This document shows, piece after piece, positions 63,500-64,000 of a stretch of DNA of 64,000 nt. Below the pieces are notes generated by a model, which was given only the letters and a program-made list of their open reading frames with translations, was not told the DNA's origin and searched no databases. The translations under genes and the position numbers were made by a program. Origin of the DNA: Paraspadella gotoi. Taxonomy: Eukaryota > Animalia > Chaetognatha. The first letter of the stretch is position 1. Each line of letters begins with the position of its first letter. The stretch spans positions 16,364,152-16,428,151 of the forward strand of contig CM119270.1 of the NCBI GenBank assembly GCA_051294375.1, given 5' to 3'.

Positions 63500-64000
63500 C
63501 TCTTCTCTCTCTTTCTCTCTTTCTCTCTTTCTTATTTTGTTCTTTATCTTTTCTTATTTCTTCTTTTCTTTTCCCTTCTTTCCTTTCTTTTCTTTTTTTT
63601 CTTTTCTTCGTTTTTCTTTCATCTTTCCTCTCTTCTCTCTTTTCATCTCTATTCTTTCCTCTTCTCTTCCTCCGTTCCCGCTTATATGATTTATTCTCCG
63701 ACGATCATACCGATTCAACTCTAAAACCAACTTTTTCTTTCGGACTCGAAGTCAGAGAAGATTGTTCGATCGGAGGTCGGCCACGCCCACAACCACGCCC
63801 ATCTATTGCTTGTTTCTTGTCATCGCCTTTCAAATTAGTTTTTGTTGTTGTTGATACCCCCCCCGTATCATCATTAATGCATGCGTCATTGTCATTATTC
63901 ATTTTCATTTTTCTAAACTTTGAACTTAATCAACCGGTTGGGATCGGTCGTCGTCATCGTGATCGGTCTGCTCATGTCATCGTCGTAATCTCTCTCTTTT

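Noticed and set aside
63705-63908. Short ORF with a GRGRPP AT-hook-like motif
   Set aside because: Upstream in-frame stop, no convincing splice context, and at the window edge.

Overview
Eukaryotic (most likely invertebrate animal) draft genomic scaffold with AT-rich, microsatellite-dense introns and intergenic DNA, GC-rich exons and many N gaps. Three spliced protein-coding genes can be reconstructed by hand, all on the minus strand: a white-like ABCG half-transporter (~2850-6713, both ends uncertain, with a probable GC-AG intron), a 15-coding-exon SERCA Ca2+-ATPase (10522-20540, one exon end corrupted) and a 3-exon SLC16/MCT-family MFS transporter (44219-46395). Repeats include nested foldback elements, a TA-flanked MITE family, a tRNA-derived SINE, a Helentron/HINE-like end, telomere-like and satellite tracts. 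A ~12.3 kb inverted duplication (27914-40230) and two direct duplications are probably long-read or gap-filling artefacts. The most interesting signals are: G-rich 5' and C-rich 3' ends in SERCA introns, one pair forming a near-perfect inverted repeat at the splice sites; a ~210-nt multi-hairpin element in an ABCG intron; a tandemly amplified exon/donor junction in SERCA; and a uORF in the putative SERCA leader. All calls were made by eye, with no database searches or folding programs.
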